From NCBI GenBank assembly GCA_964470695.1, contig CAYYDR010000001.1, forward strand, positions 593,997-657,996: a DNA stretch of 64,000 nucleotides, in the 5' to 3' direction. Source of the stretch: an uncultured Gammaproteobacteria bacterium (GTDB lineage Bacteria; Patescibacteriota; Patescibacteriia; Patescibacteriales; UBA12465). This document shows, piece after piece, positions 15,489-25,646 of this stretch (position 1 is its first letter; the number at the start of each line of letters is the position of its first letter). Made by a program: the position numbers and the translations under genes. Under the pieces are notes generated by a model that saw nothing but the letters and a program-made list of their open reading frames with translations, ran no database searches and was not told the DNA's origin.

Positions 15489-16799
15489 TTAGTAATCTCT
15501 TAACTTCTCTAAACCCTTAAACTTTCTAATTTTCTCTAGTGCCTTAGATTCAATCTGGCGAATACGCTCGCGAGTAACCTCAAACTCTTGGCCGACTTCT
15601 TCTAAAGTATGGGCGACGCCATCAATTAAACCAAAGCGCATTTCTAAAATTTTCTGCTCGCGCGGCGAAAGCTGGGCGACAATATTTTTTACATAATCCT
15701 TTAAAAGCTGCAAAGCGGCCGCTCTATCAGGCGTAACATTTTTAACATCCTCAATAAAGTCTTCTAGAGTTGAGTCTTCATCATCATCACCAATAGTCGT
15801 TTCTAAAGAAATAGTGTCCTGAGAAATCTTCATAATATAGCGCACCTTATCAAGTTCTTCGCCCATTTCGGAAGCAATTTCATCGGCTAACGGCTCGCGG
15901 CCTAATTCCTGGATTAAATTGCGCTGGACCTGCTGGAACTTATTAATGGTTTCTACCATATGGACCGGAATACGAATGGTTCTAGACTGATCAGCTAAGG
16001 CGCGGGTAATGGCCTGACGTATCCACCAGGTCGCGTAAGTAGAAAATTTATAGCCTTTGCGATATTCAAATTTTTCCACTGCTCTAAATAAACCAATATT
16101 CCCTTCTTGAATCAAGTCTAATAAGCTCATACCCTTAGCGCCGGCGAACTTTTTAGCAATGGATACGACCAAGCGCAAGTTAGCTTCAATAATTTTTTTC
16201 TCGGCTTCTTTATCGCCCTTTTCTTTACGCTTCGCTAGCTCTACCTCTTCGTCGCCACTCAGCAAAGGAACCTTGCCAATTTCTTTTAAGTACATCTGGA
16301 TAGAATCAGCGCTTAACTTTGACAAGTCAACGTTAAGGGCGTTCTGGTGCGCTAAGGCGCGTCCGGTTAAGGCTGGCTCAGCCGCTTTCTTTTCGGCCGT
16401 ATCTAAAATACGCCCGGAGTCTTCCATAATTCTCACGCCGCTTTTCTGTAAGTCGCCTAAAAAAACATCATAATCATAAACATATTCCTCAACCTCAGGA
16501 AATAAATATAAAAGCTCAGTTTCGGTAATGAAGCCCCTCAGACGCCCTTTATCAATCAGATTTTGAAGCTGCTCCGGGGTCGGTTTAACGGCCGGACGCG
16601 GCTCTCTCTCATGGGCTACGTGTTTAACTTTTTTAGCGCTATGGCGGCTAAAATCTTTTTTAGATTTATTATGCTTGCTAGCCTTATTATGCTTAGCAGG
16701 CGCCGCTTTCTTAGCCGGACTATGCTTAGCCGGTTTTTTAGGCGCCGCTTTAGCGGCCGCAGTTTTCTTAGTTTTTTGCTTGCTAGTTTTAGTAGCCAT
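15489..16799 (-). CDS. rpoD: RNA polymerase primary sigma factor with Lys/Ala-rich N-terminal tail
   Basis: 436 aa. Regions 1.2-4.2: [68 protein letters not shown]. Confidence 0.95.
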   Translation of the reverse strand: MATKTSKQKTKKTAAAKAAPKKPAKHSPAKKAAPAKHNKASKHNKSKKDFSRHSAKKVKHVAHEREPRPAVKPTPEQLQNLIDKGRLRGFITETELLYLFPEVEEYVYDYDVFLGDLQKSGVRIMEDSGRILDTAEKKAAEPALTGRALAHQNALNVDLSKLSADSIQMYLKEIGKVPLLSGDEEVELAKRKEKGDKEAEKKIIEANLRLVVSIAKKFAGAKGMSLLDLIQEGNIGLFRAVEKFEYRKGYKFSTYATWWIRQAITRALADQSRTIRIPVHMVETINKFQQVQRNLIQELGREPLADEIASEMGEELDKVRYIMKISQDTISLETTIGDDDEDSTLEDFIEDVKNVTPDRAAALQLLKDYVKNIVAQLSPREQKILEMRFGLIDGVAHTLEEVGQEFEVTRERIRQIESKALEKIRKFKGLEKLRDY

Positions 16800-16806
16800 A
16801 GTATTA

Positions 16807-18615
16807 TTAAGAAGTCATTAAATTTTTTAACTCATTCATTAACCGTTCTAACTTAGCCTGGTCGCCGGCTTTCTCGGCCTGGGCAATTTCTTTCTGTAGT
16901 TTCTGGCTCTCGCGCTGCCGGCCATATTTTCTCAGTTCTGAAATGATATTAATTATTTCCGCTTTAACCTGGTTAACTTCATAGTTATAAAAATCTTTTT
17001 CACCCAACAGAATCAACTTATCTAAAAATTTTTCACCTCCGCTGCCTCCTTCGGTTAAATATAAGCGAAAATCATCATAATCTAAAGAGGCCGTTCTATT
17101 ATAGTAGATTATTAGATTCTTGTAAAACCCGGCTAAGTCATCGTCAGTTAAAAACTCGGGCTCTAAATTACTGACGCTATAGCTAATAAACTCTGGAAAT
17201 TTAACGATTAAAGAAAATAGGAGCTCAGCTAATTTATCAGCCCGGCTGGTTTCGGAAATTATCTCTGGGGCTTTCTTAGCGACTGCCTTGACTGTCCCCT
17301 TATCCTTTAGTACGCCATGCTTAGCTTGCCACTTCAAAAACTCTTCCCTAGTATCATTCTCATCAAAATCCAACTCCTCGCTCAAACGCTTCAGCCAGTG
17401 TCCTTGTTCCATCTTACTCGCCACTAAATCTATCATCGCAAACATTTTATCGCTAACAATCCGCTTATTATCCAGCTTCTTCAAATCAACTCCGGCGCTG
17501 ACTTTATCAAAATAATATTCTAGCATCGGTCGGGCATTTTCTACCGCCTTTTTAAACTCATCAGGATTGTTTTTTAAACATTCATCCGGATCCTTGCCGT
17601 CGCCGAGCGTTATAATCTTTAAGTTCATTTCTTGGGCCAAGACCTCTTTAATACCCCTGTCCGCCGCCATTTGGCCAGCTTTATCCATATCAAACAATAA
17701 GGCGACATTAGTGGTAAAACGCTTCAGAAGGGCCACCTGCTCGGTTGTAAGTGCCGTTCCCGAAGAAGCCACGACATTCTTAAAGCCATGATTATGGCAG
17801 GCAATCACATCCATCTGCCCCTCTACGACTATGGCTAATTCATCCTGCCTAATAGCATTCTTAGCCTTATTTAAAGCATAGAGGACGCGGCTCTTATCAT
17901 AAACCTTGGTCTGAGTAATATTAATATATTTCCCCATTTTTTCCGTCTTTTCTTTGGCCGGATTAACGCGGGCGGTAAAGGCAATTAAATTATTATTAAC
18001 ATCCCAAATCGGGAACATAATCCGATCGCGAAAACGATCATAATAACCGCGCCCACCCTCTTTCTTAACGACTAAGCCAGCCGAAAAAATTTCTTCATCC
18101 GTATATTTCTGCCCCGTTAAGGGCCTAGCCTTCAAAAATTTATATAAACCATCCCAGGCATCCTGACTATAACCTAGCTGCCAATCTTTAATTACTTCTT
18201 CGCTTAAGCCCCGACGCGTTAAATATTCGCGCGCTTCCTTGCCAATCGGCTCATGTAAAAGATGGGCGTAATATTTGCCGGCTAATTCCAAAATATCCAA
18301 CAAGCGATTACGCTGCGAATATGACTCGGGATTTTCGTATTTTAAGACTACGCCCGCTTTAGGAGCGAGGAGCCGCAAAGTCTCCATGAAGCCCAAGCCT
18401 TCTTTTTCCATGACAAAAGCAAAGACATCGCCGCCCCGGCCACAGCCGAAACAATGCCAAATCTGCTTATCCGGAGAAATAACAAAAGACGGCGTCTTTT
18501 CATTATGAAAAGGACACAGAGCTTGAAAGTTAGCCCCCACCGCTTTAACTGGAGCATATTCGCGAATTACTTCAACGATGTCCAGCTTAGATTTTATTTC
18601 TTCAGCTTGGCCCAT
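16807..18615 (-). CDS. dnaG: DNA primase
   Basis: 602 aa. Zinc finger [22 protein letters not shown] and [14 protein letters not shown]. Confidence 0.95.
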   Translation of the reverse strand: MGQAEEIKSKLDIVEVIREYAPVKAVGANFQALCPFHNEKTPSFVISPDKQIWHCFGCGRGGDVFAFVMEKEGLGFMETLRLLAPKAGVVLKYENPESYSQRNRLLDILELAGKYYAHLLHEPIGKEAREYLTRRGLSEEVIKDWQLGYSQDAWDGLYKFLKARPLTGQKYTDEEIFSAGLVVKKEGGRGYYDRFRDRIMFPIWDVNNNLIAFTARVNPAKEKTEKMGKYINITQTKVYDKSRVLYALNKAKNAIRQDELAIVVEGQMDVIACHNHGFKNVVASSGTALTTEQVALLKRFTTNVALLFDMDKAGQMAADRGIKEVLAQEMNLKIITLGDGKDPDECLKNNPDEFKKAVENARPMLEYYFDKVSAGVDLKKLDNKRIVSDKMFAMIDLVASKMEQGHWLKRLSEELDFDENDTREEFLKWQAKHGVLKDKGTVKAVAKKAPEIISETSRADKLAELLFSLIVKFPEFISYSVSNLEPEFLTDDDLAGFYKNLIIYYNRTASLDYDDFRLYLTEGGSGGEKFLDKLILLGEKDFYNYEVNQVKAEIINIISELRKYGRQRESQKLQKEIAQAEKAGDQAKLERLMNELKNLMTS

Positions 18616-18617
18616 AA

Positions 18618-18944
18618 TTAATTAAAAAAATCTGGTAATAACAAACTACTTAATCTCGCCATTTCATTTTCTACTACTTCCCCGTCGTATTCCGCGTTAT
18701 GGCGGCTAAAGCCTTCATAGCCCGGTCGCTTCTGATCAAGGTGTAAATTAAAAATTACCTGGTCAACGCCGTTCTCTTTAGTTTCAATAAAATAAATATG
18801 AAAACGCGGATAAAAATCACGTGTTAACCGACGGGCGAAACTAGCCTGGCCATCCTCACGCTCCGGAATAAAAGCGTAACCGGCCTGCCTTAGCCACATC
18901 TCGGGCGGAGCACCTAATTGTTTTTTATTAACCTTTAATTTCAT
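18618..18944 (-). CDS. Hypothetical protein
   Basis: Track ORF to 18986. ATG 18944 (MKLKVNKKQLG...) limits overlap with the upstream gtrA-like gene to 17 nt. No family recognised. Confidence 0.5.
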   Translation of the reverse strand: MKLKVNKKQLGAPPEMWLRQAGYAFIPEREDGQASFARRLTRDFYPRFHIYFIETKENGVDQVIFNLHLDQKRPGYEGFSRHNAEYDGEVVENEMARLSSLLLPDFFN

Positions 18945-19407
18945 GGCTTTGGTTTGTTTTAAAAATAATAAATTTATAAACCACAAAATTCCAGAAAGCG
19001 AGCACTAAATTAACGATAATCTGAGATAAAATATACCAAACCGCGTACTTAACGACTAAAAGATGCATAAAATAACCATTCAGATATAAGCCGAGCAGGG
19101 CATTTAAAATATAAAGAACTAACTGCTGGACGACTTTATTCTGATAATCACGAAAGGTCCAAAATTTCTGGAGAGTAAAGCTGACTAGGAAAGCTAAAAT
19201 GAAGGCGGAGCTGGTTGATAAAACTATATTCCAGAGAAATAAGCCGTGAAAAATAAAAAGAAAGACTAAATCGCTTCCGCCCGCTAAACAGCCGGCAATA
19301 ATAAATTTTATAACTGATTTCCGCCCTTCACAGAAATTATATAAATTAGGAAAACGATTAGCGAAATAATGGCGAAAACGGTGATACAAATCGTGGATTA
19401 AGGACAT
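18928..19407 (-). CDS. GtrA-family membrane protein
   Basis: 159 aa, 4 TM helices. FIIAGCLAGGSDLVFLFIF and a C-terminal YKF pattern typical of GtrA-like proteins. Confidence 0.7.
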   Translation of the reverse strand: MSLIHDLYHRFRHYFANRFPNLYNFCEGRKSVIKFIIAGCLAGGSDLVFLFIFHGLFLWNIVLSTSSAFILAFLVSFTLQKFWTFRDYQNKVVQQLVLYILNALLGLYLNGYFMHLLVVKYAVWYILSQIIVNLVLAFWNFVVYKFIIFKTNQSHEIKG

Positions 19408-19409
19408 AA

Positions 19410-20282
19410 TTATTTATTCCAATTATAGCTATTAAAAACCCAATTGGCTAAATTACGGCTATCTTGAAAACGCTCATTCTTGCCCGAACTATTTAAAACA
19501 ACGGAAATAAGCTCACGCCCGGTCGCGTCTTTAAGGCGGCCGACAAAACAATAACCCGCTTGCTCTGTATATCCGGTTTTCCCACCCAAGACTTGCAAGG
19601 AACTCTGGCTAGAATCTGATAATAAATAATCAGTTGACTCAACTTTTTTATCACGCCCCAGCTGAGTTTTGAACTGATAACTAGTCCTAGTAGTCGCGTC
19701 TCTAATCTCTTCTCGGTTTAGAGCGGCCTGGGCTAATAAAGCGACTTCGCGAGCCGTGGAAATATTATTATCACTTAACCCAATCGGATCAACAAAACTA
19801 GTTTTAGCTAAACCGAGCTTCTTCGCTTTTTCGTTCATCCGAGCCACAAAATCATTTTCGCTTAGTCCAGTAGAATGAACTAGAGCTAGAGTAGCGCCAT
19901 TATCGGAAGCAACTAAACTCGTATAGAACAAATCCTTTACTCTAACCTCATCGCCTAAAAATAAATTCAGGCGCCCGCCTTCCACATGATCATCACTAAC
20001 TATCTTATATATTTTATCCCAACCAGGATTATAATCTAAAAAAACTAAAGCGGTCATGAGTTTCGTAATGCTGGCAATCGGCTGCGTTTCATCGCCGCGC
20101 TTAGAAAACAGAAAAAGATGGTCATTAGCTACAAGTACCGCTCCCCGGTCAGCCCTTAGCTCAAAAGCCGGAATATTAGGTTTAGGCCTTAAAATCGGTG
20201 CGTCAAGGCTGACCGCCGTATCCAAACGGCCGACGCCTAAAAATAAAGCTAAAATAAAATTTAAAATGGCTATCCAAGACAT
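19410..20282 (-). CDS. D-alanyl-D-alanine carboxypeptidase (serine peptidase S11, PBP5-like)
   Basis: 290 aa. SxxK (ASITK), SDN (VASDNGA), KTG (GGKTGYT). N-terminal signal/anchor. Confidence 0.85.
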   Translation of the reverse strand: MSWIAILNFILALFLGVGRLDTAVSLDAPILRPKPNIPAFELRADRGAVLVANDHLFLFSKRGDETQPIASITKLMTALVFLDYNPGWDKIYKIVSDDHVEGGRLNLFLGDEVRVKDLFYTSLVASDNGATLALVHSTGLSENDFVARMNEKAKKLGLAKTSFVDPIGLSDNNISTAREVALLAQAALNREEIRDATTRTSYQFKTQLGRDKKVESTDYLLSDSSQSSLQVLGGKTGYTEQAGYCFVGRLKDATGRELISVVLNSSGKNERFQDSRNLANWVFNSYNWNK

Positions 20283-20297
20283 GGTAATAAGTAATTG

Positions 20298-20852
20298 TTA
20301 GCTTTTAATAACCGAATCAGACTCAGCTAAAATAGTTTCTATCGTTTCGGACTGATGGAGCTTCTCATAATCCGGCAAGCCGGCCAGTTCTTTCAGGCCG
20401 AGAAAACGGATAAAATCATGAGTGACCGTATAATAATTTTCATTTTTAGCTTTATCAAACTTTTCCTCAATTAAACCGCGTAGCAGAAGATTGCGGATAA
20501 TCATAGAACAGTTAATCCCGCGAATTCTCTCCAACTCTAATTTAGCAATTGGACCGCGATAGGCAATAATAGTCAGGGCTTCCAGGCTCGGCTGCGATAA
20601 TTCACCGCTAGTCTCATCCTTCAAAAATTCTTGGACTAGGGCGGCGTTAGCGCCGGCTGTCGTTATCTGATACTGATTATTATTCTTAATCAGCATTAGG
20701 CCGCTCTCCTGGCTCTCGTAACCAGCGGCTAGCATCTCTAGAGCCTCTTCTATCTCCTTAGGCTTAGCTTTAGTAAAGACCGCCAAATCCTTAACCGCTA
20801 GCGGCTTTAAGGAAACAAATAATAATGATTCTAACTGTGATTTTAAGGACAT
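20298..20852 (-). CDS. scpB: Segregation and condensation protein B
   Basis: 184 aa. LESLLFVS..PL, LEALTIIAYRGPI..ELERIRG winged-helix pattern. Follows scpA. Confidence 0.9.
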   Translation of the reverse strand: MSLKSQLESLLFVSLKPLAVKDLAVFTKAKPKEIEEALEMLAAGYESQESGLMLIKNNNQYQITTAGANAALVQEFLKDETSGELSQPSLEALTIIAYRGPIAKLELERIRGINCSMIIRNLLLRGLIEEKFDKAKNENYYTVTHDFIRFLGLKELAGLPDYEKLHQSETIETILAESDSVIKS

Positions 20853-20882
20853 ACCTTTTTAAAAAATTATATGACCGATAGG

Positions 20883-21629
20883 CTAGCTAATAGGCTCGCT
20901 ATCGGTTCGGCTAATATGAATATCGCTAAATAACTCACTCTGCTCAAAAATTAATTCTTTCTGTTTGGCTAATTCTAAAACCGCCAAAAAATTAACAATA
21001 ATCTCCGTCTTAGTTCCTGCAGCCGCCAGCAACTTAGAAAAATTAACTTTAATTTTATCCAGCAGCATTTTTTTAATAGAAATAATCTGATCATCAATGC
21101 TGATTTTAGCCTCTAGAGTTTCCTCGGGCAATTTCTCTTCCCTAGCTTTTATTAACTGTCTCTCTAAATTATCTAAAAGAGCTAAATAGCGATCACGCAA
21201 AATCACGGCGGTAAGCTTAGCCGGAGCGGAAAAAACTGGTAAATTAAACTGGCTGCGGCGATTCTTGGTCAAGGGCGGCAGAAATAACCAATGCCGTCCG
21301 GCAATAATATCCTTAATCTTCTGGCTGGCCGCCACGAACTCTTTATACATCTTGAGCTGCTTTTCTAAATCATTAATCTCTTCCTCTTCCTCGCCCGAAT
21401 AAAGATATGGCAAAAGAGCCTTAGATTTAATAAACAATAATTTAGCCGCGACGACTAAAAAATCAGCCATTTCTTCCGGGTCAATATCCTTAGCTGCCCT
21501 AATATAAGTAACATATTCATCGGCTATCTTAGCTAAGGACACTTCCGTAATATCCATCTCCTCGCTTTCAATTAAACTTAAAAGCAAGCCTAACGGTCCA
21601 GAAAATTTTTCTGTCGTGAATTCAATCAT
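20883..21629 (-). CDS. scpA: Segregation and condensation protein A (kleisin)
   Basis: 248 aa. FSGPLGLLLSLIESEEMDITEVSLAKIADEY and C-terminal FLAVLELAKQKEL. Confidence 0.9.
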   Translation of the reverse strand: MIEFTTEKFSGPLGLLLSLIESEEMDITEVSLAKIADEYVTYIRAAKDIDPEEMADFLVVAAKLLFIKSKALLPYLYSGEEEEEINDLEKQLKMYKEFVAASQKIKDIIAGRHWLFLPPLTKNRRSQFNLPVFSAPAKLTAVILRDRYLALLDNLERQLIKAREEKLPEETLEAKISIDDQIISIKKMLLDKIKVNFSKLLAAAGTKTEIIVNFLAVLELAKQKELIFEQSELFSDIHISRTDSEPIS

Positions 21630-21635
21630 AATTAA

Positions 21636-22712
21636 TTATTTCGCGGGGATTTCTTTAACCGCCGGAGCCGGCACTACTTTTACAGCATTCACCGCCGACG
21701 CCTCTTTAGACATATAAAGATTACCTAAGAGACATTGATAACCAGCGGCGTGTTCTTTACTTCCCCCTTCGCTAATTGGGTAATATTGTCTATCGGTCCT
21801 GTCAGCTAAAGAGTCGGTTCTAAAAGTCGCACAAAATTCAAATTCCTTATCATTTATTTTTTGATAAGTAATCGGCGCTTTATTATCAGAATCCATAGTA
21901 AGATTAACATCCAAATTAATAGCTCGATCGCTAACTAAAATAGATAAATTATCCGGTAATTTATCATTATTAGAATAATAGGTATTGACCGCGCTCTCTA
22001 AACTAGAAATATTCATGACTAAATTTTTGTCTAACTGCTTAGCGCGAGCCAGCATCGGCGATTCAATAAAGAACCAAGCGGCAATGAAAGCGGCTAATAC
22101 CAAGGCCATGGTACCAAAGAAAAAAACTTTTACAACCTTGTCAGACTGCTCCGGATTAGCCCGCTTAATATCATAAAAATAAAAAGCAAACGGCAAGGCG
22201 GACAAGATAAAAACGGTCAAGGCCTTCAAAGCAAAGCGCGAAGTAAGCTCGCCTGATAAAAAATTATTAATGACGCCTATAAAGACGCCTAAAATCACTA
22301 ACGAAGAAACTAATAAAATAAAATAGGTTAACCAACGACGGATACCTGATTCCTTATCGAGCTCGCCTCGGCGTAAACCCTTATTAATAAGGCTGGAAAT
22401 AAAGTAAAAGATAGGCGCAGCAATAAATAAGGCGGAGATAGCAAACTTAAGAGGCCCATCGACTGAACCATAATAATTAATGGCATCAGGAATGGTTTTA
22501 TTTATAATACCAAAGACAACCATGCCGACTGATAAGGCGGTGAAAATTAGAGCGACGAGTGATAGGAGATAATAAAAAGCATACTTAGCGTTGTTCTTAT
22601 TATTCATATTATTGTTTCCTTCCCTAACTGCTAATACTAAAAAAATGATTAGCAAGGCCGGGAGAGGTAAAAAAATAAAAAAACTAATAAAACCCATAGA
22701 CAAATTACTCAT
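21636..22712 (-). CDS. Hypothetical polytopic membrane protein with extracytoplasmic C-terminal domain
   Basis: 358 aa, about 6 TM helices. The C-terminal part (LESAVNTYYSNNDKLPDNLSIL) resembles pilin/pseudopilin-like globular regions. Unverified. Confidence 0.6.
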   Translation of the reverse strand: MSNLSMGFISFFIFLPLPALLIIFLVLAVREGNNNMNNKNNAKYAFYYLLSLVALIFTALSVGMVVFGIINKTIPDAINYYGSVDGPLKFAISALFIAAPIFYFISSLINKGLRRGELDKESGIRRWLTYFILLVSSLVILGVFIGVINNFLSGELTSRFALKALTVFILSALPFAFYFYDIKRANPEQSDKVVKVFFFGTMALVLAAFIAAWFFIESPMLARAKQLDKNLVMNISSLESAVNTYYSNNDKLPDNLSILVSDRAINLDVNLTMDSDNKAPITYQKINDKEFEFCATFRTDSLADRTDRQYYPISEGGSKEHAAGYQCLLGNLYMSKEASAVNAVKVVPAPAVKEIPAK

Positions 22713-22715
22713 CCT

Positions 22716-24104
22716 TTAAAATTCAGCATTCTTCGGCGTGCGCGGAAAAGGAATAACATCACGGATATTGGCCATACCAGAAATATACATGAGTAGTCTT
22801 TCAAAGCCTAAGCCAAAGCCCGCATGTTTAACCGAGCCGTATTTTCGTAAATCTAAATACCAAGCGTAATCTTCTTTCTTAAGACCCATTTCTTCCATGC
22901 GCTTCTCTAAATTCTCTAAGCGCTCTTCCCTCTGGCTGCCGCCGATTATTTCGCCTATGCCCGGCGCCAGTAAATCCATAGCCGCTACAGTCTTACCGTC
23001 TTCATTCAGGCGCATATAGAAAGCCTTGATATCCTTAGGATAATCAGTCACAAAAACCGGCTTCTGGAAAACTTTATCAGTTAAATAACGCTCATGTTCA
23101 GTCTGTAAATCAATACCCCATTTAACCGGATAAACAAACTTCTCGCCTGACTTCTCTAAAATTTCAATCGCTTCCGTATAAGTAACGCGGCCGAAATCAG
23201 AATTCAAAATATTATTTAGGCGCTCACTAATTCCCGGATCAATAAACTTATTAAAGAAAGCCATTTCTTCCGGCAATTCTTTTAAGACATAATCAATCAG
23301 GTACTTCAACATCTTCTCGGCTAAATTCATGTCGTCAGCTAAATCAGCGAAGGCCATTTCCGGCTCCATCATCCAGAATTCAGAAGCATGGCGAGTCGTA
23401 TTAGAATTTTCGGCCCTAAAAGTCGGGCCAAAAGTATAAACTTTATTTAAGCCCATAACAAGCGCCTCAGCATTTAACTGGCCGCTGACGGTGAGTCCCG
23501 CCTTTTTACCAAAAAAATCTTCAGCGTAATTTATTTCTCCCTTAGGATCGCGGAGGGGATTTTTTAAATCTAAAGTCGTAACCTGGAACATTTCACCCGC
23601 GCCCTCGCAGTCGCTCGTAGAAATTATCGGGGTATGGATATAAGCAAAACCCTCTTCCTGAAAAAATTTATGAATCGCAAAACTTAAAACAGATCGTAAA
23701 CGAAAAACTGCGGAAAAGGTATTGCTGCGCCCTCTTAAATGCGCGATGGTGCGTAAAAATTCAAAACTATGTTTTTTCTTCTGGAGCGGATAATCGGCCG
23801 GGGCTTCATTAATAATATTAATTTTCTCGGCTTTAAGTTCAAAAGCCTGGCCGGCCGCCGGCGATTCTACTAAGGTTCCCTCAACTTCTAAAGAAGAGCC
23901 AACGGCAATATTTTCTACAGCCGCAAAATTACTTAAATCAGAAGCAAATACAATCTGCAGACCCTTAAAAAATGAGCCGTCATTAATCTCAATAAAGCCA
24001 AATTCCTTAGAGCTGCGGGCGGTTCTAACCCAGCCAGCCACGGTTATTTTTTGGTTAAGATGAGAAGCGGTATCGCGATATAAGGTTTTTATAGTTATAT
24101 TCAT
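22716..24104 (-). CDS. asnS: Asparagine--tRNA ligase
   Basis: 462 aa, class IIb. [33 protein letters not shown]. Confidence 0.93.
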   Translation of the reverse strand: MNITIKTLYRDTASHLNQKITVAGWVRTARSSKEFGFIEINDGSFFKGLQIVFASDLSNFAAVENIAVGSSLEVEGTLVESPAAGQAFELKAEKINIINEAPADYPLQKKKHSFEFLRTIAHLRGRSNTFSAVFRLRSVLSFAIHKFFQEEGFAYIHTPIISTSDCEGAGEMFQVTTLDLKNPLRDPKGEINYAEDFFGKKAGLTVSGQLNAEALVMGLNKVYTFGPTFRAENSNTTRHASEFWMMEPEMAFADLADDMNLAEKMLKYLIDYVLKELPEEMAFFNKFIDPGISERLNNILNSDFGRVTYTEAIEILEKSGEKFVYPVKWGIDLQTEHERYLTDKVFQKPVFVTDYPKDIKAFYMRLNEDGKTVAAMDLLAPGIGEIIGGSQREERLENLEKRMEEMGLKKEDYAWYLDLRKYGSVKHAGFGLGFERLLMYISGMANIRDVIPFPRTPKNAEF

Positions 24105-24157
24105 AGTTACAAATTTAAAGATGAACCGATAAAATGCGAAGTGCTGCTAAATATAAA

Positions 24158-25474
24158 TTAGGGAGTCAGGCGCTTGACATCGCGCGGCAAGAAACAAGCC
24201 TCTTTAACGCTAGTGAGCCCCAACATTTTCATAACAATACGACCCGGCCCCATGCCAATTCCGCCGTGATTAGGGCAGCCGTAACGGAAAAAATTAATAT
24301 AATCCTTTAATTCTTCTAAATTCATTCCCTTCTCAATCGCCTGTTTTTCTAAAATTTCCACTCGGTGTTCGCGCTGCGAGCCGGTCGTGATTTCTAAACC
24401 GCGGTATAAAAGATCAAAGCTTTTAGTTAAACCGGGATTATCCTCATGACGCATATGATAGAAAGGACGAGCTTCAATCGGATAGTCGGTTACGAAAACA
24501 AAGTCATGCCCTGTTTCTTTTTTAATGATTTCGCCCAATTCTTTTTCTTCTTCAGTAGAAAAATCCCAGTCTTTTTCGCTCTTAATGCCCGCTACTTTTA
24601 ACTTAGCCTTAGCTTCCGCCAAAGTTAATTTTGGAAACGGTTTGCTCGGCACCTCAACCTCTATTCCTAAATCCTCTTTGACTCTAGTAAAGCCGGAAAT
24701 AAGCAAATCCTCTTCAATAGACATTATGTCAAAATGCGAGTTAATATAGGAAACCTCAAAGTCCCAGCCGGTAAACTCGGTTACATGCCTAGTCGTAAAT
24801 GATAACTCCGCTCGAAACACCGGACCAACCATAAAAACTTTTTCCAAACCGCTGGCCATCGCCATCTGCTTATAGAATTGCGGGGATTGAGAAAGATAAG
24901 CTTTACGATCAAAATATTTAACTTCAAATACTTCCGAGCCGGTTTCTGATGAGGTATTCATTAAACAAGGCGTATAAATCTGGAGAAAATTATTCTGACG
25001 GAAATAATCGCGACAGCCTTCTTCTAATTTAGACCAAACCTTAAAGACCATTTGATGTTCGCTCTGCCGCAGATCCAACCAGCGCCAGTCTAAACGATTA
25101 TCTAGGTTAGCTTCATTATTAGCCGTAGTAAAAACCGGAATCGGCAAATTTTCGTCAGCCAAGGAGATTAATTTTGCTTCTTTAACTAGTAATTCAAAAT
25201 CTTTAACCGGGTTAGGGTCATTTTTTTTAGTAGGTTTTTCTTGTAAAATACCCTTTATTTCTATTACGCTCTCTAATCTAAATTTTTCTGCCAAATTATA
25301 AACATCATTATTGCCATCAGAATTAGAAACGAAAACGGACTGCATAGTTCCGGAAATATCGGCTAAATCAACAAAAATAACGCCTTTATGAGCGCGTAAA
25401 TTACGAACCCAGCCGGCAATTGTTACTTCTCCCGTAGCCTGTTTCTTAGCCTCAGCAATTAATATTCTTGACAT
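24158..25474 (-). CDS. aspS: Aspartate--tRNA ligase, archaeal/eukaryal type
   Basis: 438 aa. RWLDLR, SQSPQFYKQ, FRAELSFTTRH, GSQREHR, GIGMGPGR. Confidence 0.9.
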   Translation of the reverse strand: MSRILIAEAKKQATGEVTIAGWVRNLRAHKGVIFVDLADISGTMQSVFVSNSDGNNDVYNLAEKFRLESVIEIKGILQEKPTKKNDPNPVKDFELLVKEAKLISLADENLPIPVFTTANNEANLDNRLDWRWLDLRQSEHQMVFKVWSKLEEGCRDYFRQNNFLQIYTPCLMNTSSETGSEVFEVKYFDRKAYLSQSPQFYKQMAMASGLEKVFMVGPVFRAELSFTTRHVTEFTGWDFEVSYINSHFDIMSIEEDLLISGFTRVKEDLGIEVEVPSKPFPKLTLAEAKAKLKVAGIKSEKDWDFSTEEEKELGEIIKKETGHDFVFVTDYPIEARPFYHMRHEDNPGLTKSFDLLYRGLEITTGSQREHRVEILEKQAIEKGMNLEELKDYINFFRYGCPNHGGIGMGPGRIVMKMLGLTSVKEACFLPRDVKRLTP

Positions 25475-25595
25475 AAAACAAAATTAATTTTAAGCCAAAC
25501 AAGGCCTAAAATTTGATAAAAAATCTAATTAAACTATCTAAATAGTAACTTATTTTTGAGATTTTAGCAAGAAAAGATAAGCTAGTTTTAAACAA

Positions 25596-25627
25596 ACAAA
25601 AACAGGCCGAGTGGGCCTGTTTTTTTA
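25596..25627 (-). terminator. Intrinsic terminator after the 1180-aa gene (bidirectional shape)
   Basis: aaaaACAGGCCgagtgGGCCTGTttttttt. Confidence 0.7.
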
Positions 25628-25646
25628 CTATTATTACAGAGTAAAA